Assembly (NCBI RefSeq): GCF_036365525.1
Contig: NC_090383.1
Coordinates: forward strand, 120,282,531 to 120,346,530
Length of the DNA: 64,000 nt
Direction: 5' to 3'
Source: Heterodontus francisci
Lineage: Eukaryota
Positions within the stretch are counted from its first letter, which is position 1. Each line of letters begins with the position of its first letter. The notes below the pieces were generated by a model that searched no databases, was not told where the DNA came from, and saw nothing but the letters and a program-made list of their open reading frames with translations. The translations under genes and the position numbers were made by a program. Of this stretch, positions 51,220-63,300 are shown piece by piece.

Positions 51220-54200
51220 TTCTTTTGGGCCTCCTTATCTCGAGAGACAATGGATACGCGCCTGGAGGTGGTCAGTGGTTTGTGAAGCAGCGCCTGGAGT
51301 GGCTATAAAGGCCAATTCTGGAGTGACAGGCTCTTCCACAGGTGCTGCAGAGAAATTTGTTTGTTGGGGCTGTTGCACAGTTGGCTCTCCCCTTGCGCCT
51401 CTGTCTTTTTTCCTGCCAACTACTAAGTCTCTTCGACTCGCCACAATTTAGCCCTGTCTTTATGGCTGCCCGCCAGCTCTGGCGAATGCTGGCAACTGAC
51501 TCCCACGACTTGTGATCAATGTCACACGATTTCATGTCGCGTTTGCAGACGTCTTTATAACGGAGACATGGACGGCCAGTGGGTCTGATACCAGTGGCGA
51601 GCTCGCTGTACAATGTGTCTTTGGGGATCCTGCCATCTTCCATGCGGCTCACATGGCCAAGCCATCTCAAGCGCCGCTGACTCAGTAGTGTGTATAAGCT
51701 GGGGATGTTGGCCGCTTCAAGGACTTCTGTGTTGGAGATATAGTCCTGCCACCTGATGCCAAGTATTCTCCGAAGGCAGCGAAGATGGAATGAATTGAGA
51801 CGTCGCTCTTGGCTGGCATACGTTGTCCAGGCCTCGCTGCCGTAGAGCAAGGTACTGAGGACACAGGCCTGATACACTCGGACTTTTGTGTTCCGTGTCA
51901 GTGCGCCATTTTCCCACACTCTCTTGGCCAGTCTGAACATAGCAGTGGAAGCCTTACCCATGCGCTTGTTGATTTCTGCATCGAGAGACAGGTTACTGGT
52001 GATAGTTGAGCCTAGGTAGGTGAACTCTTGAACCACTTCCAGAGCGTGGTCGCCAATATTGATGGATGGAGCATTTCTGACATCCTGCCCCATGATGTTC
52101 GTTTTCTTGAGGCTGATGGTTAGGCCAAATTCATTGCAGGCAGACGCAAACCTGTCGATGAGACTCTGCAGGCATTCTTCAGTGTGAGATGTTAAAGCAG
52201 CATCGTCAGCAAAGAGGAGTTCTCTGATGAGGACTTTCCGTACTTTGGACTTCGCTCTTAGACGGGCAAGGTTGAACAACCTGCCCCCTGATCTTGTGTG
52301 GAGGAAAATTCCTTCTTCAGAGGATTTGAACGCATGTGAAAGCAGCAGGGAGAAGAAAATCCCAAAAAGTGTGGGTGCGAGAACACAGCCCTGTTTCACA
52401 CCACTCAGGATAGGAAAGGGCTCTGATGAGGAGCCACCATGTTGAATTGTGCCTTTCATATTGTCATGGAATGAGGTGATGATACTTAGTAGCTTTGGTG
52501 GACATCCGATCTTTTCTAGTAGTCTGAAGAGACCACGTCTGCTGACGAGGTCAAAGGCTTTGGTGAGATCAATGAAAGCAATGTAGAGGGGCATCTGTTG
52601 TTCACGGCATTTCTCCTGTATCTGACGAAGGGAGAACAGCATGTCAATAGTCGATCTCTCTGCACGAAAGCCACACTGTGCCTCAGGGTAGACGCGCTCG
52701 GCCAGCTTCTGGAGCCTGTTCAGAGCGACTCGAGCAAAGACTTTCCCCACTATGCTGAGCAGGGAGATTCCACGGTAGTTGTTGCAGTCACCGCGGTCAC
52801 CTTTGTTTTTATAGAGGGTGATGATGTTGGCATCGCGCATGTCCTGGGGTACTGCTCCCTCGTCCCAGCACAGGCATAGCAGTTCATGTAGTGCTGAGAG
52901 TATAGCAGGCTTGGCACTCTTGATTATTTCAGGGGTAATGCTGTCCTTCCCAGGGGCTTTTCCGCTGGCTAGGGAATCAATGGCATCACTGAGTTCCGAT
53001 TTGGTTGGCTGTATGTCCAGCTCATCCATGACTGGTAGAGGCTGGGCTGCATTGAGGGCAGTCTCAGTGACAGCATTCTCCCTGGAGTACAGTTCTAGGT
53101 AGTGCTCAACCCAGCGGTCCATCTGTTTGCGTTGGTCAGTGATTATGTCCCCCGATTTAGATTTGAGGGGGGTGATCTTCTTGATGGTTGGCCCAAGAGC
53201 TCTCTTCATGCCATCATACATTCCTCTGATGTTTCCGGTGTCTGAGGCCACCTGAATATGGCTGCATAGGTGTTGCCAGTAGTCGTTTGCGCAACGCCTA
53301 GCTGTTCTTTGTGCAGTACTTCTGGCTGCTTTAAGTGCTGCGGATGTTAAATCGCTGGGGGCTTTCTTGTAGTTCAAAAGTGCAATGCGCTTAGCGGCTA
53401 TGACAGGTTCCAGCTCTTCATTATGAGATTGAAACCAGTCTGCATTTCTCTTCGCACTTTTGCCGTAGGTGGTCAAAGCTGACTCATAGATGGCGTCTCT
53501 GATGTGGGCCCACTTGGTCTCAGCATCCCCTGTGGGAGTGTTTTGAAGGGCTGTTACAAGTGAATTTAGAAATTTTTGTAACAGCTGTGGGTGAGAAATT
53601 CTGCTCGTGTTGATGCGCGGGTGGCCCTTCTGCTTGGAATGATGCAACTTCTTTGGTCTGAGTCTAACCTTGCTGCACACCAGGGAGTGGTCGGTGTCGC
53701 AGTCCGCACTGTGGAAGCTGCGTGTGATTTGAACACTGTTTAAGGCGGCTCGCCTTGTGACAATGAGGTCTAGCTGGTGCCAACGACGTGATCTTGGGTG
53801 CCTCCATGAAACCTGGTGACAGGGTTTAGTGTGAAAGAACGAGTTGGTGATGCAGAGGTTATGATAGGTACACAACTCAAGCAGTCTCTGCCCGTTCTCA
53901 TTCATCCTTCCAACGCCATAGCGCCCAAGGCAGGAGGGCCATGAGTCATGGTCGGCCCCAACCCTGGCATTAAAGTCCCCCAGCAGGAATAGGTGTTCGG
54001 TGTTGGGGATGCTGCTAATGATGTTATGGAGTTGTTCATAGAACTGGTCTTTAGCTTCAGGTGCGGAACAGAGTGTTGGAGCATAGATGCTGAGTAGGTG
54101 TACTGGACCAGAGGTGGTGAGCAGTCGGATGGACAGTATGCGTTCCGAGCCATTTGAGGGAGGCTCTATCATGCTGAGCAAGGAGTTTCTGATGGCGAAG

Positions 54201-55096
54201 CCCACTCCATGCTGTCTTGGTTCTTCAGGATCCCTGCCCTGCCAGAAGAAGGTGTAGTCTTGCTCTGCTAGAGAGCCACTCGCGGGGAGGCGAGTCTCCT
54301 GAAGTGCTGCAATGTCCACATTGAGTCTACTGAGCTCGTTGTTAATGATGGCGGTCTTCCGAGAATCGTTGATTTGTGTAAGGTCTTCCGACAGGCCAGG
54401 ACACATAGTTCTGACGTTCCAGCTTGCAAAGCGAAGGGCTGGTACCTTCTTTCCTTTTTTCATGTTGTTTGGTGCGGTGTATCAGTCCACCTTTCGGGCA
54501 ATGACCCTGAGCTCCAAGCACCCATTGAAGCAGGCAGACTGTGGCGGGACAGAACCTTATTGACCGGGGGCTGCCCGGTTTGAGGCGGGCGGTAGCTGTC
54601 CAGTGAGGTGCAATGACCTCTCCCACCGACAAAGGCAACCCGTGGCGCCCAGTTTCTACGCCAATTTATCTGGACTTATAACCCGTAACTGCTGCCTTCC
54701 GTGTTGTTTCAGTCGCTGTGAGGCAACTATGGAGTGACCTCTCCATGGCGCATGCCTGGGCAAATTTATGGAGGTTGAGAGTTGCCCAGTCGTCAAAACC
54801 CCCCTCTCGGCCTTTCTGGTGGGGTCCAAAGGAGTGCAGGACACGACGTTTGGCACCAGTATGGCTGCAGGAACTGCCGGAAACATGCCAAAGGTGACAC
54901 ATGACCGCCTACGGGGTTCCGCTCCGGATTTTCTGTTAGGGTTTACTCCCTTAGCCTTGGTCTCTCCCGAGACGCCCACAAGGCAGTGGGGTTGTTGGGG
55001 CCCCTACACAGGTGTAGGATGGTGCCGGTGGGAGGAGGGGATGCAAGGGGGAGGGGTAGAGGGAGGGGGTGGGGGGGGTGCAGGGGAAGGGGGTGC
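51220..55096 (-). mobile_element. RTE-clade (BovB-like) LINE, near full length, antisense in the V1-V2 intron
   Basis: Single ORF 51272-54463, about 630 bp of 5' UTR, short 3' tail. Confidence 0.95.
51272..54463 (-). CDS. RTE ORF: APE endonuclease, reverse transcriptase, C-terminal zinc finger (1063 aa, uninterrupted)
   Basis: WNVRT, LGDFNARVG, TDH; FIDLTKAFD, GVKQGCVLAP, LFADD; CSTCGRACHSRIGLYSHSRRC. Confidence 0.95.
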   Translation of the reverse strand: MKKGKKVPALRFASWNVRTMCPGLSEDLTQINDSRKTAIINNELSRLNVDIAALQETRLPASGSLAEQDYTFFWQGRDPEEPRQHGVGFAIRNSLLSMIEPPSNGSERILSIRLLTTSGPVHLLSIYAPTLCSAPEAKDQFYEQLHNIISSIPNTEHLFLLGDFNARVGADHDSWPSCLGRYGVGRMNENGQRLLELCTYHNLCITNSFFHTKPCHQVSWRHPRSRRWHQLDLIVTRRAALNSVQITRSFHSADCDTDHSLVCSKVRLRPKKLHHSKQKGHPRINTSRISHPQLLQKFLNSLVTALQNTPTGDAETKWAHIRDAIYESALTTYGKSAKRNADWFQSHNEELEPVIAAKRIALLNYKKAPSDLTSAALKAARSTAQRTARRCANDYWQHLCSHIQVASDTGNIRGMYDGMKRALGPTIKKITPLKSKSGDIITDQRKQMDRWVEHYLELYSRENAVTETALNAAQPLPVMDELDIQPTKSELSDAIDSLASGKAPGKDSITPEIIKSAKPAILSALHELLCLCWDEGAVPQDMRDANIITLYKNKGDRGDCNNYRGISLLSIVGKVFARVALNRLQKLAERVYPEAQCGFRAERSTIDMLFSLRQIQEKCREQQMPLYIAFIDLTKAFDLVSRRGLFRLLEKIGCPPKLLSIITSFHDNMKGTIQHGGSSSEPFPILSGVKQGCVLAPTLFGIFFSLLLSHAFKSSEEGIFLHTRSGGRLFNLARLRAKSKVRKVLIRELLFADDAALTSHTEECLQSLIDRFASACNEFGLTISLKKTNIMGQDVRNAPSINIGDHALEVVQEFTYLGSTITSNLSLDAEINKRMGKASTAMFRLAKRVWENGALTRNTKVRVYQACVLSTLLYGSEAWTTYASQERRLNSFHLRCLRRILGIRWQDYISNTEVLEAANIPSLYTLLSQRRLRWLGHVSRMEDGRIPKDTLYSELATGIRPTGRPCLRYKDVCKRDMKSCDIDHKSWESVASIRQSWRAAIKTGLNCGESKRLSSWQEKRQRRKGRANCATAPTNKFLCSTCGRACHSRIGLYSHSRRCFTNH

Positions 55097-55689
55097 AGAG
55101 TAAACTACAACAAAATAAAATACAATTTTCCAAAATTCAGTCAGCTTAGCCAGAGTAAATTCTGTGCTCTTGTTACCCTCAATCCTTTCTCCAAGTGATG
55201 TTCATTGGAAGTGTGCACTTGCCTTTCAAAGCGATATGTAGCATTGGAGACAAGGGTCCAGATTTTTACATACCTGACCTACTGGCAGCGACTGGAGAGG
55301 ATGGGGCATTAATTTATAGCAATTAACTTTAATTATACACGGTCAGTCTCAGCTTCGAGCCGATGTTCTGTACTGAGCAACATGGAAACCACAAGTGCCC
55401 ATTTTAAACAGGAAACCAAAGGACAATGATGAGGACACGTGGGGGATTTATCAGGGGATTTAGTAACACCTATTTACATATTCCTCAGGCCTGTAATGAA
55501 GCCCCTGCAGGCTTTCAGCAAAATACTTCTCTCGCAGCAATACCTGCTCTGAGGCTCAGCTGCCCAATCCATGCTTGTGTACTGGATGTGAAGGATCACT
55601 CCGAGTGTGATGTTGGGGAGTCAACGTGCCTGTGGTTTCAGTGGAAATTAGATAGTCATAAACACAGTGCAGGTGAAAGGCAACAACAA

Positions 55690-56460
55690 TAACGTGTATT
55701 TACATAGCTCCTTTAACACCTCACGGCATTTCATAAAAATGGAGATAGAGCATAAGACACCTAGCGATCAAGAGAGCAATTAGGAGAGGTAACAGAAATA
55801 TGGGTCAAAATGATTTGAAAAGATTTTGAGGGGTTTAGTGAGTAAGAGTATAGGGCTGAGGCAGCTAGAGGCTCTGCCACCAGTGGTAGGATGGGAAGTA
55901 GGAGTAGGAGTGAATGAGAGTTAGAGAAGCAAAGACTGCTGGGGTTATAGGCTGGGAGGAGGTTGCAGAGATAGGGTGGGACAAGGCCAAGCAGAGATTT
56001 GAAGCTGAGGACAAGAGTTAGGAACTGAGAGACAGGGAGACAGTGTAGGACTCCAGTGATAGGTGAGCAGGGCCCAAGCTTGATGCTGTGAGCTAGTAAT
56101 TGGACTGAATGGATTTGAACAGGTAATTTTGAGAGAGTGAGGCATGGAGTTTTGGCGAAGAGGCAAGAGCAGGTAGACAGGACAGATGGGCCAGTGACTG
56201 GTGACAGTGCTTTTGAGTGCTTGAGAAAAACCATTAGCACAGTGAGCTGTAAAGAAAGGGTTGAAGAAGGCTCAGTTGTATGGAGAAGAAATCAATGGGA
56301 CAGAGGGTGAGCCATTTAGGAAATTGCATGGAAGGGAGAATGGGAAGAATCTGCAGTGATGGGGATCAGGGAGGAAGAATAGGGGAGGCTGGGAATGAGG
56401 GGTCAGAAGCAGAGTAAACTGAATATGTGATCTCAATCTTAGAAACAAAAAAATCCTTGA
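55690..56460 (-). mobile_element. Decayed L2-like LINE 3' region
   Basis: SPITGVLHCLPV...LSFKSLLGLVPPYLCNLL is L2-type; similar remnants at ~20335-20520, 28225-28400 and 38540-38880. Confidence 0.6.
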
Positions 56461-56601
56461 GCTTTTCATATCAGGCCGTATGATAATTTGTTTAGAATTT
56501 ACCCAAGATAACAGGAGCTGCCTGCATTTTACATCGAAACACTTGAGCTATTTAGCAACCTTCAGGCTGTTTTTTAAGTTATTGATGTTTTTTCCTTAAA
56601 G

Positions 56602-56943
56602 GTGCAGATGTCCCAGGCCTTATCCAGTCTCCGAGCCTCCGTGTCACAGAGGATCACACAGTGCGGTTACAGTGCACCATGTCGAACACCGCAGTGAGAG
56701 AAACTGATGTTCACTGGTACCGGGAGCTCCCAGGACAAGATATGGAGTGGATTTTAACACATGATATAATGAACAGCACACGACGGAGCCCAGGTTTCAC
56801 TGACCGTTTCCAGTCTTCCAGAGACACCTCCAATAACAGCTTCATTCTGACAATCACAAACGTGCAGCCCAATGACACTGCCGTCTATTACTGTAAAGTG
56901 TGGGGAGATATCAGTGGGAATGGAACCCAGCTGAATGTAACCA
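56602..56943 (+). CDS. Germline-joined VJ-type Ig V-set domain exon (V2)
   Basis: Acceptor ttttttccttaaAG (ends 56601) and donor GTAAGT at 56944, phase 1/1. Translation LIQSP...VRLQC...VHWYRELPGQDMEWIL...RFQSSRDTSNNSFILTITNVQPNDTAVYYCKVWGDISGNGTQLNVT. Confidence 0.92.
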
Positions 56944-57334
56944 GTAAGTATGTTAGCTTTAGTTTTATTCACAATAACATTACTACATACGCTCCCAGCA
57001 GAGAGGCACAACCCTTGAAGAATGGACTGAAGAATTGGGGGTTGTCAGTATAGCCTTATCTCTGATCCATATTCCATGAACTGTGGCTCCTCCCTGTGAC
57101 ACAACATTGTGGAATCCATGTTCTATACACATTCCACCTCTGAATAGCCTATAAAGTGATTTCTGCTCCCCTGATAGGCACTAGGGGCTCGAAGGAAATA
57201 CATTGCAGTGCAACTCAGCAGTCGATATTTTTTCAAGAATTTCTCACATTTTTTCTCAGCCTATTTTCTGCTTGTGACAGTCCAGTCCACAGTCACCAAT
57301 ATCCTGCCCATGTTGTCATACATGCAGCACCCGG

Positions 57335-60300
57335 ACACATCCCCACTTCACCCCCCCAACACATCCCCACTTCACCCCCCCAACACATCCCCACTTCACC
57401 CCCCAACAGATCCCCACTTCACCCCCCAGCACATCCCCACTTCAACCCCAACACATCCCCACTTCACCCCCCCAAATCATCCCCACTTCACCCCCCAACA
57501 CATCCCCACTTCACCCCCACAACTCATTCCGACTTCACCCCCCAGCACATCCCCACTTCACCCCCCCAACTCATCCCCACTTCACCCCCAACTCATCCCC
57601 ACTTCACCCCCCCAACACATCCCCACTCCACCCCCCAACTCATCCCCACTTCACCCCCCAACTCATCCCCACTTCACCCCCCCAACACATCCCCACTCCA
57701 CCCCCCAACTCATCCCCACTTCACCCCCCAACACATCCCCACTTCACCCCCCCAACTCATCCCCACTTCACCCCCCCAACTCATCCCCACTTCACCCCCC
57801 CAACACATCCCCACTTCACCCCCCAGCACATCCCCACTTCAACCCCCCAACACATCCCCACTCCACCCCCCAACACATCCCCACTTCACCCCCCCAACTC
57901 ATCCCCACTTCACCCCCCCAACTCATCCCCACTTCACCCCCCCAACACATCCCCACTTCACCCCCCAACTCATCCCCACTTCACCCCCCCAACACATCCC
58001 CACTCCACCCCCCAACACATCCCCACTTCACCCCCCCAACTCATCCCCACTTCACCCCCCCAACACATCCCCACTTCACCCCCCAGAACATCCCCACTTC
58101 ACCCCCCAACTCATCCCCACTTCACCCCCCAACACATCCCCACTTCACCCCCCCAACTCATCCCCAATTCACCCCCCCAACTCATCCCCACTTCACCCCC
58201 CCAACTCATCCCCACTTCACCCCCCCAAAACATCCCCACTCCACCCCCCAACACATCCCCACTTCACCCCCCAACACATCCCCACTCCACCCCCCAACTC
58301 ATCCCCACTTCACCCCCCAACTCATCCCCACTTCACCCCCCAACACATCCCCACCACCCCCCCAACTCATCCCCACTTCACCCCCCCAACACATCCCCAC
58401 TCCACCCCCCAACACATCCCCACTTCACCCCCCCAACACATCCCCACTCCGTCCCCCAACACATCCCCACTTCACCCCCCATCACATCCCCACTTCACCC
58501 CCCCAACTCATTCCGACTTCACCCCCCAACACATCCCCACTCCACCCCCCAACTCATCCCCACTTCACCCCCCAACTCATCCCCACTTCACCCCCCAACA
58601 CATCCCCACCACCCCCCCAACTCATCCCCACTTCACCCCCCCAACACATCCCCACTCCACCCCCCAACACATCCCCACTTCACCCCCCCAACACATCCCC
58701 ACTCCGTCCCCCAACACATCCCCACTTCACCCCCCATCACATCCCCACTTCACCCCCCCAACTCATTCCGACTTCACCCCCCAGCACATCCCCACTTCAC
58801 CACCCCAACATCCCCACTTCACACCCCCAACTCATTCCGACTTCACCCCCCAGCACATCCACACTTCACCCCCCCAACGCATCCCCACTTCACCCCCCCA
58901 ACTCATCCCCACTTCACCCCCCAACACATCCCCACTTCACCCCCCCAACTCATCCCCACTTCACCCCCCCAACACATCCCCACTCCACCCCCCAACACAT
59001 CCCCACTTCACCCCCCAACACATCCCCACTTCACCCCCCATCACATCCCCATTTCACCCCCCCAACTCATTCCGACTTCACCCCCCAGCACATTCCCACT
59101 TCACCCCCACCAACTCATCCCCACTTCACACACCCAACTCATTCCGACTTCACCCCCCAGCACATCCCCACTTCACCCCCCCAACTCATCCGCACTTCAC
59201 ATCCCCAACTCATTCCGACTTCACCCCCCAGCACATCCCCACTTCACCCCCCCAACTCATCCCCACTTCACCCCACCAACTCATTCCGACTTCACCCCCC
59301 AGCACATCCCCACTTCACCCCCCCCAACTCATCCCCACTTCACCCCCCAGCACATCCCCACTTCACCCCCCAACACATCCCCACTTCACCCCCCATCACA
59401 TCCCCACTTCAACCCCCCAACTCATTCCGACTTCACCCCCCAACACATCCCCACTTCACCCCCATCACATCCCCACTTCACCCCCCCAACTCATTCCGAC
59501 TTCACCCCCCAACACATCCCCACTTCACCCCCCAACACATCCCCACTTCACCCCCCCAACTCATCCCCACTTCACCCCCCAACACATCCCCACTTCACCC
59601 CCCAACACATCCCCACTTCACCCCCCCAACTCATCCCCACTTCACCCCCCAACACATCCCCACTTCACCCCCCCAACTCATCCCCACTTCACCCCCCAAC
59701 ACATCCCCACTTCACCCCCCAACACATCCCCACTTCACCCCCCCAACTCAACCCCACTTCCCCCCCGCCCAACTCATCCCCACTTCACCCCCCAGCACAT
59801 CCCCACTTCAACCCCCCAACTCATCCGCACTTCACCCCAAAACACATCTCCATTTCACTCCCCCCAACACATCCCCACTTCACCCCCCAACACATCTCCA
59901 TTTCACCCACCAACTCATCCCCACTTCACCCCCCCAACACATCCCCACTTCACCCCCCCAACTCATCCCCACTTCACCCCCCAACACATCCCCACTTCAC
60001 CCCCCAACACATCCCCACTTCACCCCCCCAACTCATCCCGACTTCACCCCACAACACATCCCCACTTCACCCCCCTAACACATCCCCACTTCATCCCCCA
60101 ACACATCTCCATTTCACACTGCCAACTCATCCCCACTTCACCCCCCCAACACATCTCCACTTCACCCCCCCAACTCATCCCCACTTCACCCCCCCCAACA
60201 CATCCCCACTTCACCCCCCAACACATCCCCACTTCACCCCCCCAACTCATCCCGACTTCACACCCCAACACATCCCCACTTCACCCCCCCAACTCATCCC

Positions 60301-63300
60301 CACTTCAGCCCCCAACACACCCCCACTTCACCCCCCCAACACATCCCCACTTCACCCCCAACACATCTGCATTTCACTCCCCCCAACACATGCCCACTTC
60401 ACCCCCCAACACATCCCCACTTCACCAACCCCCCCAACACATCCCCACTTCACCCCCCAACACATCTCCATTTCACCCCGCCAACTCATCCCCACTTCAC
60501 CCCCCAACACATCTCCATTTCACCCCCACAACACATCCCCACTTCACCCCCCAACACATCTCCATTTCACCCCCCCACCTCATCCCCACTTCACCCCGCA
60601 ACTCATCCCCACTTCACCCCCCAACACATCTCCATTTCAACCCCCCACCTCATCCCCACTTCACCCCCCAACACATCCCCACTTCACCCCCCAACACATC
60701 CCCACTTCACCCCCCCAACACATCCCCACTTCACCCCCCCAACTCATCCCCACTTCACCCCCCAACACATCCCCACTTCACCCCTCCCAACTCATCCCCA
60801 CTTCACCCCCCCAACTCATCCCCACATCACCCCCCAACACATCTCCATTTCACTCCCCCCAACACATCCCCACTTCACCCCCAACACATCCCCACTTCAC
60901 ACCCCGCCCAACACATCCCCACTTCACCCCCCAACACATCTCCATTTCACTCCCCCCAACTCATCCCCACTTCACCCCCCCAACACATCCCCACTTCACC
61001 CCCCCAACTCATCCCGACTTCACCCCCCAACACATCCCCACTTCACCCCCCCAACTCATCCCCACTTCACCCCCCAACACATCCCCACTTCACCCCCCAA
61101 CACATCTCCATTTCACACCGCCAACTCATCCCCACTTCACCCCCCCCAACACATCCCCACTTCACCCCCCAACACATCCCCACTTCACCCCAACACATCC
61201 CCACTTCACCCCCCAACACATCCCCACTTCACCCCCCCAACTCATCCCGACTTCACCCCCCAACACATCCCCACTTCACCCCCCCAACTCATCCCCACTT
61301 CACCCCCCAACACATCCCCACTTCACCCCCCCAACTCATCCCCACTTCACCCCCCCAACTCATCCCCACTTCACCCCCCAACACATCTCCATTTCACTCC
61401 CCCTAACACATCCCCACTTCACCCCCCAACACATCCCCACTTCACCCCCCCCCAACACATCCCCACTTCACCCCCCAACACATCTCCATTTCACTCCCCC
61501 CAACACATCCCCACTTCACCCCCCAACACATCCCCACTTCACCCCCCCCCCAACACATCTCCATTTCACTCCCCCCAACACATCCCCACCTCACCCACCA
61601 ACATATCCCCACTTCACCCCCCAACACATCCCCACTTCACCCCCCCCAACACATCCCCACTTCACCCCCAACACATCCCCACTTCACCCCCCAACACATC
61701 CCCACTTCACCCCCCCAACACATCCCCACTTCACCCCCCAACACATCTCCATTTCACTCCCCCAACACATCCCCACTTCACCCCCCAACACATCCCCACT
61801 TCACCACCCCCCCCCAACACATCCCCACTTCACCCCCCCCAACACATCTCCATTTCACTCCCCCCAACACATCCCCACCTCACCCACCAACACATCCCCA
61901 CTTCACCCCCCAACACATCCCCACTTCACCCCCCCAACACATCCCCACTTCACCCCCAACACATCCCCACTTCACCCCCCCAACTCATCCCCACTTCACC
62001 CCCCCAACACATCCCCACTTCACCCCCCAACACATCCCCACTTCACCCCCCCAACTCATCCCGACTTCACCCCCCAACACATCCCCACATCACCCCCCCA
62101 ACTCATCCCCACTTCACCCCCCAACACATCCCCACTTCATCCCCCAACACATCTCCATTTCACACCGCCAACTCATCCCCACTTCACCCCCCCAACACAT
62201 CCCCACTTCACCCCCCAACACATCCCCACTTCACCCCCCTAACACATCCCCACTTCACCCCCCAACACATCCCCACTTCACCCCCCCAACTCATCCCGAC
62301 TTCACCCCCCAACACATCCCCACTTCACCCCCCCAACTCATCCCCACTTCAGCCCCCAACACACCCCCACTTCAACCCCCCAACACATCCCCACTTCACC
62401 CCCAACACATCTCCATTTCACTCCCCCCAACACATCCCCACTTCACCCCCCAACACATCCCCACTTCACACCCCCCCCAACACATCCCCACTTCACCCCC
62501 AACACATCTCCATTTCACTCCCCCCAACACATCCCCACTTCACCCCCCCCCAACACATCCCCACTTCACCCCCAACACATCTCCATTTCACCCCGCCAAC
62601 TCATCCCCACTTTACCCCCCAGCACATCTCCATTTCACCCCCACAACACATCCCCACTTCACCCCCCCAACTCATCCCCACTTCACCCCCCAACACATCT
62701 CCATTTCACCCCCACAACACATCCCCACTTCACCCCCCAACACATCTCCATTTCACCGCCCCCAACTCATCCCCACTTCACCCCCCAACACATCTCCATT
62801 TCACCCCCCCCAACTCATCCCCACTTCACCCCCCAGCACATCTCCATTTCACCCCCCCCACCTCATCCCCACTTCACCCCCCAACACATCCCCACTTCAC
62901 CCCCCAACACATCCCCACTTCACCACCCCAACACATCCCCACTTCACCCCCCCAACTCATCCCCACTTCACCCCCCCAACTCATCCCCACTTCACCCCCC
63001 AACACATCCCCACTACACCCCCCCAACTCATCCCCACTTCACCCCCCCAACTCATCCCCACTTCACCCCCCAACACATCTCCATTTCACTCCCCCCAACA
63101 CATCCCCACTTCACCCCCCAACACATCTCCATTTCACTCCCCCCAACTCATCCCCACTTCACCCCCCAGCACATCTCCATTTCACCCCGCCAACTCACCC
63201 CACTTCACCCCCCAACACATCTCCATTTCACCCCCCCAACGCATCCCCACTTCACCCCCCCAACACATCTCCATTTCACCCCCCCCAACTCATCCCCACT

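Noticed and set aside
56657-56663. CACAGTG heptamer in V2 (and CACTGTG near 49793 in V1) as RSSs
   Set aside because: They lie in FR1/CDR1 coding sequence, not at a V/J boundary, and have no nonamer at 12- or 23-bp spacing.
57156-61406. 1416-aa HIPTSPP-repeat ORF as a standalone gene
   Set aside because: Minisatellite with unit lengths not multiples of three; starts at GTG; overlapping frames are equally open.
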